Positions 1-9,780 of a stretch of DNA of 64,000 nucleotides are shown one piece after another. The stretch's first letter is position 1. Each line of letters begins with the position of its first letter. The notes beneath the pieces are model-generated. The model was not told where the DNA came from, made no database searches, and saw only the letters and a list, made by a program, of their open reading frames with translations. Source of the DNA: an uncultured Acidobacteriota bacterium (GTDB lineage Bacteria > Acidobacteriota > Thermoanaerobaculia > UBA5066 > DATFVB01). The translations under genes were made by a program, and so were the position numbers. The stretch covers positions 160,001 to 224,000 of the forward strand of contig CAWEYG010000002.1 in assembly GCA_963813155.1 (NCBI GenBank). The letters are read 5' to 3'.

Positions 1-1
1 C

Positions 2-241
2 CGGCTGAAGGCTCCCCTCGCGCCGAAGCAGCTCGCCGCGGCGAAAGAGGGCCTGAGCGGCCGGAACAAGTACACGTGGCTCTCCGACCACTGGAAGGAG
101 TACTTCGACGTCGTGCCGGTGAAAGCGGGCGTCGCGACACTCGAGCGCGTCGAGATCGCGTCCGGGCTCACGGCCGGCGGCCAGGTCTCCCTCGAAGACC
201 CGACGAAGAAGCGAATCGAGAAGGACGATGAAAACAACTGA
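2..241 (+). CDS. Efflux periplasmic adaptor (MacA/HlyD-like), C-terminal fragment, 5'-truncated by window edge
   Basis: Frame open from base 2: ...VVPVKAGVATLERVEIASGLTAGGQVSL...DDENN*, a typical adaptor C-terminus; overlaps the start of the ABC ATPase. Confidence 0.75.
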   Translation, partial: RLKAPLAPKQLAAAKEGLSGRNKYTWLSDHWKEYFDVVPVKAGVATLERVEIASGLTAGGQVSLEDPTKKRIEKDDENN

Positions 242-923
242 CGCGATCATCGAGATCTCGGGCGTCACGAAGGTCTACGGCGCGAACGGCACGGCCGTGC
301 ACGCGCTCCGCGGCATCGACCTGACGGTGCGGGCGGGAGAATTCGTCGCGCTCATCGGGCCTTCGGGCTCCGGAAAATCCACGCTGATGGCGATCCTCGG
401 CTGCCTCGATTCCCCGACCGGCGGGAGCTACCGGTTCGACGGCCAGGCGGTCGAAGGCCTCTCCGGGCCGGAGCTCGCGGCGATCCGAAATCAGAAGATC
501 GGCTTCGTGTTTCAGAGCTACAACCTCCTTCCGAAGGCGTCGGTCGCGCGCAACGTCGAGCTCCCGATGCTCTACGCGGGCGTCGGTCGCCGGGAGCGCC
601 GGCGGCGCGCCCTCGAGCTCCTCGAGAAGGTCGGCATCCCCGACAAGGCGAATCAGCTGCCCGCCGTTCTGTCGGGAGGCCAGCGGCAGCGCGTCGCGAT
701 CGCCCGTTCCCTCGCGAACCACCCCGCGATGCTCCTCGCGGACGAACCGACGGGGGCGCTCGACTCGCACACGGGCCACGAGGTGCTGGAACTGTTCCGC
801 GACCTTCACCGGCAGGGGAACACGGTCATTCTCGTCACGCACGACCCGACGATCGCCGCGCTGGCCCAGCGCCGCGTCGAAATTCACGACGGCCGGGTCG
901 GGCCGGCGGAAGCCGCCGCGTGA
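228..923 (+). CDS. ABC transporter ATP-binding protein (MacB/LolD family)
   Basis: Walker A GPSGSGKST, signature LSGGQRQRVAIAR, Walker B LLADEPTGALD, H-loop VTHD. Confidence 0.95.
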   Translation: MKTTDAIIEISGVTKVYGANGTAVHALRGIDLTVRAGEFVALIGPSGSGKSTLMAILGCLDSPTGGSYRFDGQAVEGLSGPELAAIRNQKIGFVFQSYNLLPKASVARNVELPMLYAGVGRRERRRRALELLEKVGIPDKANQLPAVLSGGQRQRVAIARSLANHPAMLLADEPTGALDSHTGHEVLELFRDLHRQGNTVILVTHDPTIAALAQRRVEIHDGRVGPAEAAA

Positions 924-2170
924 GCGCGGAAGGCGCTTTCTCCGAACGGCTCGTTTCCGCCTGGACGGAAGTGCGGGAGAACGTCGGCCGGTCGATGCTC
1001 CAGGCCCTCGGCGTGATGCTCGGCGTCGCGTCGGTCCTCGGCGGCTTCTCGATCTCCGACAGCCAGCGCCGCCAGGCCGAGGAGCTGTTCGTTCGAATCG
1101 GAGGACTGGACAAGCTGAACGTGCAGCCGGCCGCGGCGGTGTCCGGCAACGCTCCCACCGCGCTGCAGATGGCGAACCTCGGCCTGAGGTCCGCCGACGG
1201 CGTGCGCGGCGCCGAGCTGGATCGCCAGATCATCGGCGGCGTCGGCGAACAGAAGCTCGCGAGGGTCAGAGTCCGTTCGGCCTACTCCGACCAGGAGAGG
1301 CAGATCACCGGCGTCGGAGGCGACTACCTCGCGATCCAGGGCTACGAGCTGGAGTCGGGCAGGAACCTCTCTTCCCAGGACATCGCGACGGCGGCGCCCG
1401 TCGCGGTCCTCGGAAGAGAGGCCGTCAGCGTCTTTTTCCCGACCGGCGACGCGCTCGGCCAGACGATGCGAATCGGCGACATCCCCGTCACCGTGATCGG
1501 CGTTCTTCGGGAGAAGGTCTTTCGGTTCCGCGACAATCAGGGAAACGTGTTCGCCTGGAGGAACCGCATCGTCGCGGTTCCCTCGACCCTCGTCGCGAGG
1601 CGGATGCAGGGGGATTCCTACGCGCGGATGGACAGAGTCACGTTCCGGATCCCGAAGGTGGACGCCATGGCGAAGTTCGCGAAGAGCCTCGACACGCTCC
1701 TGACGGCGAACCACCGGCTCCAGCGCGACTTCCGGCTCGACGACGTGAACGCCCGGATGAAGAAGATGGAGAGCCAGGGAGACATCTATAACCTGATCTT
1801 CATGCTGTCCGGCATGCTCGCGCTGCTCGGCGGCGGGATGGTCAACGTCAACATCCAGATGGCGACGTTGAAAGACCGCGTGCGGGAAGTCGGCGTCAAG
1901 ATGGCGATCGGCGCCTCCGGACGCGAAGTCTTCAAGGAATTCATGACCGAAGCCCTGCTGTTGACGCTGCTCGGAGGAACCGCGGGCCTCGTGGCGGGAG
2001 TCGTCTTTTCGAAGGTCATCACGGCCTCGATCGGGGTTCCCCTCCACATGGACGCGGGCAGCTTCCTGTGGGCGTTCTTCCTCGCCGGCGTGTTCGGGTT
2101 CCTCTTCGCGCTCTACCCGGCGATCAAGGCGAGCCGCCTCTCCCCGATGGAGGCGCTGCGCTATGAGTGA
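920..2170 (+). CDS. ABC transporter permease (MacB/FtsX family)
   Basis: N-terminal TM, large periplasmic domain, RVREVGVKMAIGA, C-terminal YPAIKASRLSPMEALRYE; GTGA overlap. Confidence 0.92.
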   Translation: MSAEGAFSERLVSAWTEVRENVGRSMLQALGVMLGVASVLGGFSISDSQRRQAEELFVRIGGLDKLNVQPAAAVSGNAPTALQMANLGLRSADGVRGAELDRQIIGGVGEQKLARVRVRSAYSDQERQITGVGGDYLAIQGYELESGRNLSSQDIATAAPVAVLGREAVSVFFPTGDALGQTMRIGDIPVTVIGVLREKVFRFRDNQGNVFAWRNRIVAVPSTLVARRMQGDSYARMDRVTFRIPKVDAMAKFAKSLDTLLTANHRLQRDFRLDDVNARMKKMESQGDIYNLIFMLSGMLALLGGGMVNVNIQMATLKDRVREVGVKMAIGASGREVFKEFMTEALLLTLLGGTAGLVAGVVFSKVITASIGVPLHMDAGSFLWAFFLAGVFGFLFALYPAIKASRLSPMEALRYE

Positions 2171-3476
2171 GCTCACGCTCGGCCTTTCGAGACCGCTGCC
2201 CGAAATCCCCGCCGCCGCGCCGCCGGCGCGCCGGACGCTTTCGATGGGCGCGCGCCTCGCGCTGATGGCCGAAGTCGTCGCGGGCGGGTTCGTCGAGCTG
2301 TGGGCGCACAAGCTGCGGTCGTTCCTCACGCTCACGCTCCTGACGCTGGGCGTCTTCGCGCTCGTCGTGATGACGTCGGTTCTCGACGGCGTTCTGGACA
2401 AGATCGCGATGGGCTTCTCCGGAATGAGCTGGGACGGGACAGTGGTGCTCGCCCCGAAATCCCCGAAGACCAACGAAGATCAGAAGAGGTTCGCGATGAG
2501 CCCGGGACTCCGGTACGAGGACCTTCCCCGGCTCACCGCCCCGAACCCGAAGATCTTCGGTTTCGTGCCCCGCGCCTACACGCGCTCGGCCGTCCGGGTC
2601 CCGGGCGGCAGCGAGCGGATCTTCGTGACCGGCGTGGACCACGACTACGGGCCGTTCATGAACCGGCCGATCGGGCTGGGCCGCGGCCTCACCGAAGACG
2701 ACGAGCGGCGCCGCAGCACGGTCGCGGTCGTCGGAGCCACGCTCGGCTCGAAGCTCTTCGGCGGCTCGGACCCCGTCGGGCGCGACATCACCGTCGAGGG
2801 AATTCCCTTCCGCGTCGTCGGCGTCCAGGCCGCCGGCCAGATCTTCAACGACGAGAACTACATGGACGCGAACGGCATCCTCATTCCGCTCCCGACGTAC
2901 ATGGACCGGATCGACCCGGATCACAAGCTCGCGCAGCTCGCCGTCAAGCTCAACCGCAAGAGGGACGTCGGCGAGGTCTCCGCGATGCTTCTCGGCCGGG
3001 CCCGGCAGGCGCACCACGGAATCGAAGACGTGGAGATCACCGACCTCGACGCGGAGCTCGTCCGTTCGTACCAGAACTTCCTGGAGCAGATGCACGGCTG
3101 GCAGGTCGTGCTGATGAGCCTCGCGGGAACCGTGCTCCTCGTCGGCGGAGTCGGAGTGCTGTCCGTCATGCTCATCTCGTTCTCCGACCGGAAATTCGAG
3201 ATCGGCCTTCGCAAGGCGATCGGCGCATCGGACGGCGAGATCTTCCTGCAGTTCCTGCTCGAAGCCGTCGTTCTCGCGGCGGTCGGCGCGCTGATCGGAA
3301 CGGCCGGCGGCGCGACCGTCTGCCGGGCGCTCGCCGACAAGTTTCCGTACGGTCTCGTCGTCAACCCCATGGGTCTCGTGATCGCATGGGGAACGGCGAT
3401 CTCTCTTGCCGTCGTGTTCGGCTTGTACCCCGCTCTCCGGGCCTCGCGGCTCTCCCCGATGGAAGCCATGCGCTGA
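2163..3476 (+). CDS. ABC transporter permease (MacB/FtsX family), second paralog
   Basis: HKLRSFLT, RKFEIGLRKAIGA, YPALRASRLSPMEAMR. Confidence 0.92.
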   Translation: MSELTLGLSRPLPEIPAAAPPARRTLSMGARLALMAEVVAGGFVELWAHKLRSFLTLTLLTLGVFALVVMTSVLDGVLDKIAMGFSGMSWDGTVVLAPKSPKTNEDQKRFAMSPGLRYEDLPRLTAPNPKIFGFVPRAYTRSAVRVPGGSERIFVTGVDHDYGPFMNRPIGLGRGLTEDDERRRSTVAVVGATLGSKLFGGSDPVGRDITVEGIPFRVVGVQAAGQIFNDENYMDANGILIPLPTYMDRIDPDHKLAQLAVKLNRKRDVGEVSAMLLGRARQAHHGIEDVEITDLDAELVRSYQNFLEQMHGWQVVLMSLAGTVLLVGGVGVLSVMLISFSDRKFEIGLRKAIGASDGEIFLQFLLEAVVLAAVGALIGTAGGATVCRALADKFPYGLVVNPMGLVIAWGTAISLAVVFGLYPALRASRLSPMEAMR

Positions 3477-3516
3477 CCGCCCCTCCCGGCCCGTGCTATA
3501 GATAGGGCCGCATCCG

Positions 3517-4296
3517 ATGGAAGAGCGGCGGATCGTCCCGAAGCACCACGCGCTCGTGCGGATCACGCACTGGGCGAACGTTCCGCTTTTGGCCGGAATG
3601 ATCCTCTCCGGGCTCTCGATCTACTGGGCCGCGCCCGTCGTTCGACACGCTCCGGACGCCCGCACCGGGAGCACCGACTATTTCGTCGACCTCGGCTACT
3701 GGGCGGTCGCGCACGTTCCGGGCCAGAGCCACGACCCCGAGCCCCGATTCTGGTTCTACAACCACTTCAGCCTCGGCCACGGAATCCTCGCCGAGGCTCT
3801 GCGGTTCCACTGGTTCTTCGCCTACTTCTTCATGCTCAACGGCGTCCTGTACCTGGCCGGGCTCCTCCTCGGCGGCGGATACAAGTCTCTTCTCCCGCGC
3901 TTCGCGGATCTGAAGGGCGCGCTCGCGATGAGCCGGTATTACGCGGGCCTCGTCCCCGCGAAGCTGCTGAAAAGGCCGTGGCCTCATCCACCCGTTCGCG
4001 CGAAGTACAACTCGCTGCAGAAGCTCGGTTATTTTTCGATGCCCGTCTTCGGCGGGCTCGCTGTCGCGACCGGTTGGGCCATCCACAAGCCGGCCCAGCT
4101 CGGCTGGCTGGAACGCGCGTTCGGCGGATACGACCGGGCGAGGCTGTGGCATTTCCTCCTACTCTGGGTCTTTCTCGGCTTCGTGGTCCCGCACGTCGTC
4201 CTCGTCGTCGCCGACGGGTGGGACACGTTCCGCTCGATGGTCGTCGGCTGGTCCACGCGGGTGAAGGGAGAGGAACCGGAACATGACGAGCCCTGA
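3517..4296 (+). CDS. Cytochrome b/b6 domain membrane protein (Ni/Fe-hydrogenase b-type cytochrome-like), probable partner of the Mo-oxidoreductase
   Basis: RITHWAN, LRFHWFFA, KYNSLQKLGY, RLWHF...VPHVV heme-ligand His pattern with 4 TM segments. Confidence 0.85.
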   Translation: MEERRIVPKHHALVRITHWANVPLLAGMILSGLSIYWAAPVVRHAPDARTGSTDYFVDLGYWAVAHVPGQSHDPEPRFWFYNHFSLGHGILAEALRFHWFFAYFFMLNGVLYLAGLLLGGGYKSLLPRFADLKGALAMSRYYAGLVPAKLLKRPWPHPPVRAKYNSLQKLGYFSMPVFGGLAVATGWAIHKPAQLGWLERAFGGYDRARLWHFLLLWVFLGFVVPHVVLVVADGWDTFRSMVVGWSTRVKGEEPEHDEP

Positions 4297-5323
4297 CGAA
4301 CCGGAAGCTCCGCCGGCTTCCCCGGAACCGACCCTGGAATCGGAATCGGTCACGAAACAGATTCCCGCCGTCGAGCCGCCGCCAGCCGAAGAGCGGGCCA
4401 TTGCGGAAGCGGGGCCTGAACCGGATTCCGAACCCGAACCCCAGCCCCTGCGCCCTTCATTCTTCGCTCGATTCGATGAGCCTCCGGAGGAGCCGCGGAT
4501 CGTCGCGGCGCGCGATCTCCGCCGCCAGACGCGGCGCGACTTTCTGATCTTCGGCGCGGGCACGGCCGCGGCGGCGGCTGCGTTCTGGTGGGTCCTCCCC
4601 GACGGGGCGCAGGACCGGATCCTCACGACAGAGCGCCGCGAATGGCTCGATTCGATGGAGGCGAGGGCCGGGATCGGCCCGAAAGCGAAGGAGAAATTCC
4701 TGAACCGGGCGCTGACGTTCGACGACGACGTCGCGGAGGCTCTCTATTCCCGGAGCCGCAGGGTCCGGACGTACCGAAAGTCGGACATCACGCCGCTGCG
4801 GAACAACTACGACGGCCAGACGCCCGACCCCGACTACATCCCGGACTGGACGCTGGACGTCGAAGGACTCGCCTCGGGAAAAGCGGAGCGCTTCACGATC
4901 GGCGACCTGACGTCGAAGTTCCGCCGGCACGACCAGATCACGAGGCTCTGCTGCGTCGAAGGCTGGAGCGCGATCGCCTGGTGGGGAGGAGTGCGGTTCG
5001 GAGATCTCCTCGAGGCCCATCCGCCCGCCCCCGGCTTTCGCTGGGCAAAGCTCGAATCCTCGGTCAATCTCGATTCCGAAGGCGATCCCGACCCCTACTT
5101 CGTTTCGATCGACCTCGAGACGGCGCGCCATCCCCAGACGCTCCTCGCGACGCACCAGAACGATCTGCCGCTCACTGTCGAGCACGGCGCGCCCCTGCGG
5201 CTGCTCGCTCCGATGAAGCTCGGCCTGAAGAACATCAAAGCGGTGACGAAGATCGTCTACTCGCGCGAAGAGCCGCCCGACTACTGGGCGCTCCAGGGAT
5301 ATTCGAAGTACGACGGGCTGTAA
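4283..5323 (+). CDS. Molybdopterin-dependent oxidoreductase (sulfite oxidase/MsrP-like family)
   Basis: Tat-like TRRDFL plus TM, CCVEGWS, HPQTLLA, EHGAPLRL, KLGLKNIK, YWALQGY. Confidence 0.9.
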   Translation: MTSPDEPEAPPASPEPTLESESVTKQIPAVEPPPAEERAIAEAGPEPDSEPEPQPLRPSFFARFDEPPEEPRIVAARDLRRQTRRDFLIFGAGTAAAAAAFWWVLPDGAQDRILTTERREWLDSMEARAGIGPKAKEKFLNRALTFDDDVAEALYSRSRRVRTYRKSDITPLRNNYDGQTPDPDYIPDWTLDVEGLASGKAERFTIGDLTSKFRRHDQITRLCCVEGWSAIAWWGGVRFGDLLEAHPPAPGFRWAKLESSVNLDSEGDPDPYFVSIDLETARHPQTLLATHQNDLPLTVEHGAPLRLLAPMKLGLKNIKAVTKIVYSREEPPDYWALQGYSKYDGL

Positions 5324-5700
5324 GGCTCGCTCGGCCCGCTCGGGACTAGCGCCGGCCCGGCGAGCGGGCCCTGTCGCGGGACTCGCCCCGCACCACCCGC
5401 TCTCTAATGCGCCGGCGCGTTGGCCCCACCGCTCTCGGGCTTTCGCTCAGGGTTGGAGCCAGTACCCGTGAGCGAAGCCGCGACAGAGCGGCCGGGGCTC
5501 GACGCGGGTCACAGGTGCCTCCCGAGAGGAGCGTATGTTTTTTCGCTGATGTGACGCTGAACAAATGAGCGCGATGTCGCGAAAAAACTTGCCCGAGGAG
5601 CGCGCACGGACAGGATGCCACTGCCGGGCGCGCTGCGTCTCCTCGAGGGAAGCACCGAAGACCCGCGTGGGGCTCAGCCGCGACCCGGCGAGCGAATCCA
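5322..5700. repeat. Composite palindromic, multi-hairpin intergenic element (REP/BIME-like or structured ncRNA)
   Basis: Hairpins 5333-5342/5361-5370 (perfect 10 bp), 5423-5449/5469-5498, and long stem 5488-5533/5636-5681 enclosing two inner hairpins; shares a 17-mer and other motifs with 34437-34581. Confidence 0.65.
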
Positions 5701-5701
5701 A

Positions 5702-7912
5702 CTACGCCGGGGTCAAATTCGCAAACTTCGCGACGAACTTCTTCTTCCCCGCACGGTCGAAAAACACCGTCAGCCGCGCGTCGTCGCCCGAACCCTCCTG
5801 CTGGAGGATCACTCCCGCTCCGTAGGTCGGATGGCGGACTCGCGCGCCGCGGTGCAGGCCCGGAAGGGTGCCGGGCACGGGCTTGCGCCGCGCGACGGTG
5901 ATCGAAGGCCCGCGCGAGACCGGCGAAGCCTCCTCCTCGGCCCGCCTCGACCGCGGGAAAAGCGAGGGCGTCCTCGCCGCGAACGGGTCCGCGTCGATGC
6001 GGACCACGTCTTCGGGTAGTTCGTCGAGAAAGGGAGACGGATACCGCGGGCGCGCCTCGCCGTAGAGCAGCCGGTGCCGCGCGAGCGTCAGCGTCAGCCG
6101 GCGCCGGGCCCGCGTCATGCCGACGTACAGCAGGCGGCGCTCCTCCTCGACCTCCTCTTCCGAGGCCGTACTCTGGGAATGGGGAAGGAAGCCTTCTTCG
6201 AGTCCGGCGACGAACACCTGCGAAAACTCCAGCCCCTTCGCCGAGTGAAGCGTCAGGAGCGAGACCGCGCCCTCGGGGCGCGCGACGTCCGCGTCGCTCG
6301 CGAGCGCGAGAGCGTCCAGAAAACCGCGAGCGCTCGCGTTCTCCCCTTCCCGCAGCTCGTACTCCCGGGCCGCGGAGACGAGCTCCCTCAGGTTCTCGCG
6401 CCGCGCGACGTCCTCCGCCTCCTCGGAGCGCGCGTACAGGTCGCCATAGCCCGACTTCTCGAGCACGAGCTCCAGCAGGACGGCCGCGGAGACCTCGGCG
6501 CTCCGGCTCTCGAGCTCGCGAATCGTTTCGCGAAATCGCGCGAGCGCGATCCGGGCGCGCTCGGTGATCCCCTCGGCGGCCTCCGAACCCTCGAACAGGG
6601 ACACACCCTTCTCGGCGGCCGTCTTCGCCACGCGCTCGAGCGTCGCCTCTCCGATCCCGCGCGCGGGCCGGTTCACGACGCGGCGAAAAGCGAGGTCGTC
6701 GCGAAAATCCAGCGCGAGCCGGTAGTAGGCGATGGAGTCCTTCACCTCCGCGCGCTCGTAGAATTTCATCCCACCGATCACGACATACGGAATCCGCCGC
6801 CGTACGAGCTCGTCCTCGAAGGAGCGCGACTGGGCGTTCACGCGGAAGAGAATCGCCGACTCGGAAATCGGGTGGACGCGCTCTTCGAGGCGGGAAACGA
6901 TCCAATCCGCCTCGGACCGGTCGTCGCGAAACGAGCGCACTTCCACCGGTTCGCCCTCCCCGGATTCGCCGACGAGGACCTTCGGGCGCCGCCGGCGGTT
7001 CGCGGAGACTACCGCCCCCGCGGCCTTCAGGATCCGGCTCGTGGAGCGGTAGTTCCGCGTGAGCGAGACGACGGTCGCGCCGGGAAAATCCTCCTCGAAG
7101 GCCAGGATGTGCTCCACCCGGGCGCCGCGCCAGCGATAGATCGACTGGTCTTCGTCCCCAACGGCGACGAGGGACTGGGCGGCCGCCCCGATGAGCTTGA
7201 CGAGCGAGTCCTGCGCGCCGTTGGTGTCCTGATATTCGTCAATCAGCAGATGCGAGATCGCCCGCTGCTCGGCAACCCTCGTTTCCTCGGAGGTCTGGAG
7301 CAGGCGAACGGACGCGCCGATGAGGTCGTCGAAGTCGAACGCGTTTCCCGCGCGAAGCTTCTTCTCGTAAACGGCATAGATCGACGCGATCTTCTCGGCC
7401 GCGAAGCCCTCGGCCGCGGTCGCGGCCCGCGCCGGCGAGACGAGCGCCGACTTCGCCTCGGAAATGCGCGAGAGGGCGGCGCCCGGGGTGAGCATCTGCT
7501 CGGAGATCGACAGTTCCGCCATCGCCTCCCGGACGAGGGCCGCCTGATCGCCGGAATCCGCGATCGAGAAAGCGGCCGTCCGCCCGTCCGCGCCGCCCGC
7601 GCGGCGCAGGAATCGAAGCCCCCAGGAATGAAACGTCCCGACGAAGCTCGCCAGCCTCGACACGCCGAGGAGCGCCCGCACGCGCTCGCGCATTTCCTCC
7701 GCTGCCTTGTTCGTGAACGTGACCGCGACGACGGAGCGCGGGTCGGCGCCGTCCTCGATCAGCCTCGCGAGGCGCCGCGTCACGACCCGCGTCTTCCCCG
7801 AGCCGGCCCCCGCGAGCACGAGAAGCGGGCCCCGCCCGTGGGAGACGGCCGCCGCCTGCTCCGGGTTGAGGCCTTCGAGAAGGCTCGCCGCCCGATCCTG
7901 CGTCGAAGGCAT
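5702..7912 (-). CDS. pcrA: ATP-dependent DNA helicase UvrD/PcrA
   Basis: True start MPSTQDR at 7912 overlaps the glmS stop (TGATG); LNPEQ, AGAGSGKT, TFTNKAA, DEYQD, VGDEDQSIY, NYRS, LHSAKGLEF, EERRLLYVGMTRA, C-terminal Tudor-like RVRHPTYGAG. Confidence 0.95.
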   Translation of the reverse strand: MPSTQDRAASLLEGLNPEQAAAVSHGRGPLLVLAGAGSGKTRVVTRRLARLIEDGADPRSVVAVTFTNKAAEEMRERVRALLGVSRLASFVGTFHSWGLRFLRRAGGADGRTAAFSIADSGDQAALVREAMAELSISEQMLTPGAALSRISEAKSALVSPARAATAAEGFAAEKIASIYAVYEKKLRAGNAFDFDDLIGASVRLLQTSEETRVAEQRAISHLLIDEYQDTNGAQDSLVKLIGAAAQSLVAVGDEDQSIYRWRGARVEHILAFEEDFPGATVVSLTRNYRSTSRILKAAGAVVSANRRRRPKVLVGESGEGEPVEVRSFRDDRSEADWIVSRLEERVHPISESAILFRVNAQSRSFEDELVRRRIPYVVIGGMKFYERAEVKDSIAYYRLALDFRDDLAFRRVVNRPARGIGEATLERVAKTAAEKGVSLFEGSEAAEGITERARIALARFRETIRELESRSAEVSAAVLLELVLEKSGYGDLYARSEEAEDVARRENLRELVSAAREYELREGENASARGFLDALALASDADVARPEGAVSLLTLHSAKGLEFSQVFVAGLEEGFLPHSQSTASEEEVEEERRLLYVGMTRARRRLTLTLARHRLLYGEARPRYPSPFLDELPEDVVRIDADPFAARTPSLFPRSRRAEEEASPVSRGPSITVARRKPVPGTLPGLHRGARVRHPTYGAGVILQQEGSGDDARLTVFFDRAGKKKFVAKFANLTPA

Positions 7913-9738
7913 CACTCGACGGTGACGCTCTTGGCGAGGTTCCGCGGCTGATCCACGTCGCACCCCAGCAGGAGGGCGACGTGGTAAGCGAAGAGCTGAA
8001 GCGGCAGCACGGAGAGGATCGGCTGCAGCTCGAGAATCGTCTCGGGGATCTCGACGACGTGGTCGGCGAGCTCCTGGATCTCCGCGTCGATCTCCGTCGA
8101 AACGACGATCGAGCGGCCGTCCCGGGACTTCACCTCCCGCAGGTTCGAAAGAGTCTTCTCCCGCCATCCGTCCCGCGGCGCGAGCACGAGGACGGGCATG
8201 TTCTCGTCCACGAGGGCGATCGGGCCGTGCTTCATCTCGCCCGCCGGGTATCCCTCGGCGTGGATGTAGGAGATCTCCTTCAGCTTGAGAGCCCCTTCGA
8301 GCGCGATCGGATAATGGAGGCCGCGGCCGAGGTAGAGGAAGTTTCGGTAGTGCGACAGCTTCCGCGCGAGCTCCTGGATCTGGGGCTCCTGCTTGAGCGC
8401 CTTTTCCATGAGGCCCGGCAGCCGCGCGAGCGAAGCCGTCTCCTCGGGCGTGAGACCCTTCCCCAACCCGCGCGCCTGTCGCAGCCGAGCGGCGAGCAGA
8501 AAGAAGACGAGCAGCTGGGTCGTGAACGCCTTCGTGGAGGCGACGCCGATTTCCGGGCCGGCGTGCGTGAGCCAGACGGCCTTCGCCATTCGCGCGATCT
8601 GCGATCCTGGCGCGTTCACGATCGCGCCGACGTCGGCGCCGAGCCGGAGCGCCTCCTGGAGCGCGGCCACGGTGTCGGCCGTCTCGCCCGACTGCGACAC
8701 GCCGATCGCGATCGTGTTCGCCGTAGCGACGGGCGAGCGGTAACGGAATTCGCTTCCGTAGTCGACCTCGACCGGAATCCTCGCCATCCGCTCGATCAGG
8801 AATTTTCCCACCAGACTCGCGTGCCACGAGGTGCCGCAGGCGAGAAGAAGCACCCGGTCCGCCCGGCCGACGCGCTCGGGGGAGAGGAAATCGTCCTCGA
8901 ATTCCAGCTCGCCGGTCTCGAGGGAGACTTTTCCCCCCATGCTCTCGGCCACGGCGACGGGCTGCTCGTGGATCTCTTTCGCCATGAAATGGCGGTAGCC
9001 GCCCTTCTCGGCCGCGACGACGTCCCAGTCGACCGTCTTGACCGGACGGTCGACTTCGTTGCCGTCCCGATCGACGATCCGGATCGACCGCGAATCGACA
9101 CGGGCGACGTCGCCGTCCTCCAGAAAAATGACCTTTCTCGTCCAGGGAAGAATCGCCGTCGGGTCGGACGCCACGAAATTTTCGCCCTCGCCGATTCCGA
9201 GAACGATCGGCGGACCCGAACGGGCGGTCACGAGCACGTCGGGCTCGTCGAGGGACGCGACGACGACGGCGTAAGCCCCGGTGAGGAGCTTTCGCGCGTC
9301 CCGAACCGCGGCGAAGAGGTCACCGCGATAGTGCTCTTCGACTTCGTGGGCGAAGACCTCCGTGTCGGTGTCGGAAAGGAATTTCCGCCCGCGGCCCTGA
9401 AGGATTCGCTTTCGCTCGGCGAAGTTCTCGATGATGCCGTTGTGGATCACGGCGATCCTCCCGTTGCCCGAGAGGTGGGGATGGGCGTTGCGCTCGACCG
9501 GCTTACCGTGGGTGGCCCACCGCGTGTGTCCGATGCCGGAGCAGCCCGACGGCAGCGACCCGTTGAGCCGGGAGAACAGGGCCGAAAGTTTTCCCTCGGC
9601 GCGGGCGACGAAGAAAGAGCCCGCGTCGTTGACGGCGATCCCGGAGGAGTCGTAGCCGCGGTACTCCAGGCGGCGCAGGCCGTCGAGCAGGAACGGAGCG
9701 GCCTGCTTGGGCCCGACGTATCCGACGATTCCGCACAT
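7912..9738 (-). CDS. glmS: Glutamine--fructose-6-phosphate aminotransferase (isomerizing)
   Basis: MCGIVG, LEYRGYDS, GHTRWATHG, SQSGETADT, EGALKLKE, PRNLAKSVTVE. Confidence 0.98.
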   Translation of the reverse strand: MCGIVGYVGPKQAAPFLLDGLRRLEYRGYDSSGIAVNDAGSFFVARAEGKLSALFSRLNGSLPSGCSGIGHTRWATHGKPVERNAHPHLSGNGRIAVIHNGIIENFAERKRILQGRGRKFLSDTDTEVFAHEVEEHYRGDLFAAVRDARKLLTGAYAVVVASLDEPDVLVTARSGPPIVLGIGEGENFVASDPTAILPWTRKVIFLEDGDVARVDSRSIRIVDRDGNEVDRPVKTVDWDVVAAEKGGYRHFMAKEIHEQPVAVAESMGGKVSLETGELEFEDDFLSPERVGRADRVLLLACGTSWHASLVGKFLIERMARIPVEVDYGSEFRYRSPVATANTIAIGVSQSGETADTVAALQEALRLGADVGAIVNAPGSQIARMAKAVWLTHAGPEIGVASTKAFTTQLLVFFLLAARLRQARGLGKGLTPEETASLARLPGLMEKALKQEPQIQELARKLSHYRNFLYLGRGLHYPIALEGALKLKEISYIHAEGYPAGEMKHGPIALVDENMPVLVLAPRDGWREKTLSNLREVKSRDGRSIVVSTEIDAEIQELADHVVEIPETILELQPILSVLPLQLFAYHVALLLGCDVDQPRNLAKSVTVE

Positions 9739-9780
9739 GTTGTCGCTACCGAGGCAAGAACGGTGCCGGACCGGGACGGC

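Noticed and set aside
5322-5700. Assignment as 6S RNA, RNase P, tmRNA, SRP RNA or glmS ribozyme
   Set aside because: Lacks the hallmark motifs I recall (for example GAGGAAAGUCC or a tRNA-like CCA end); lies downstream of the glmS operon, not in its leader; kept as an unassigned element
7913-8827. Apparent 300-aa N-terminal extension of UvrD/PcrA (1041-aa ORF)
   Set aside because: Out-of-frame overlap with glmS and Arg-rich nonsense; the real start is the TGATG overlap at 7912
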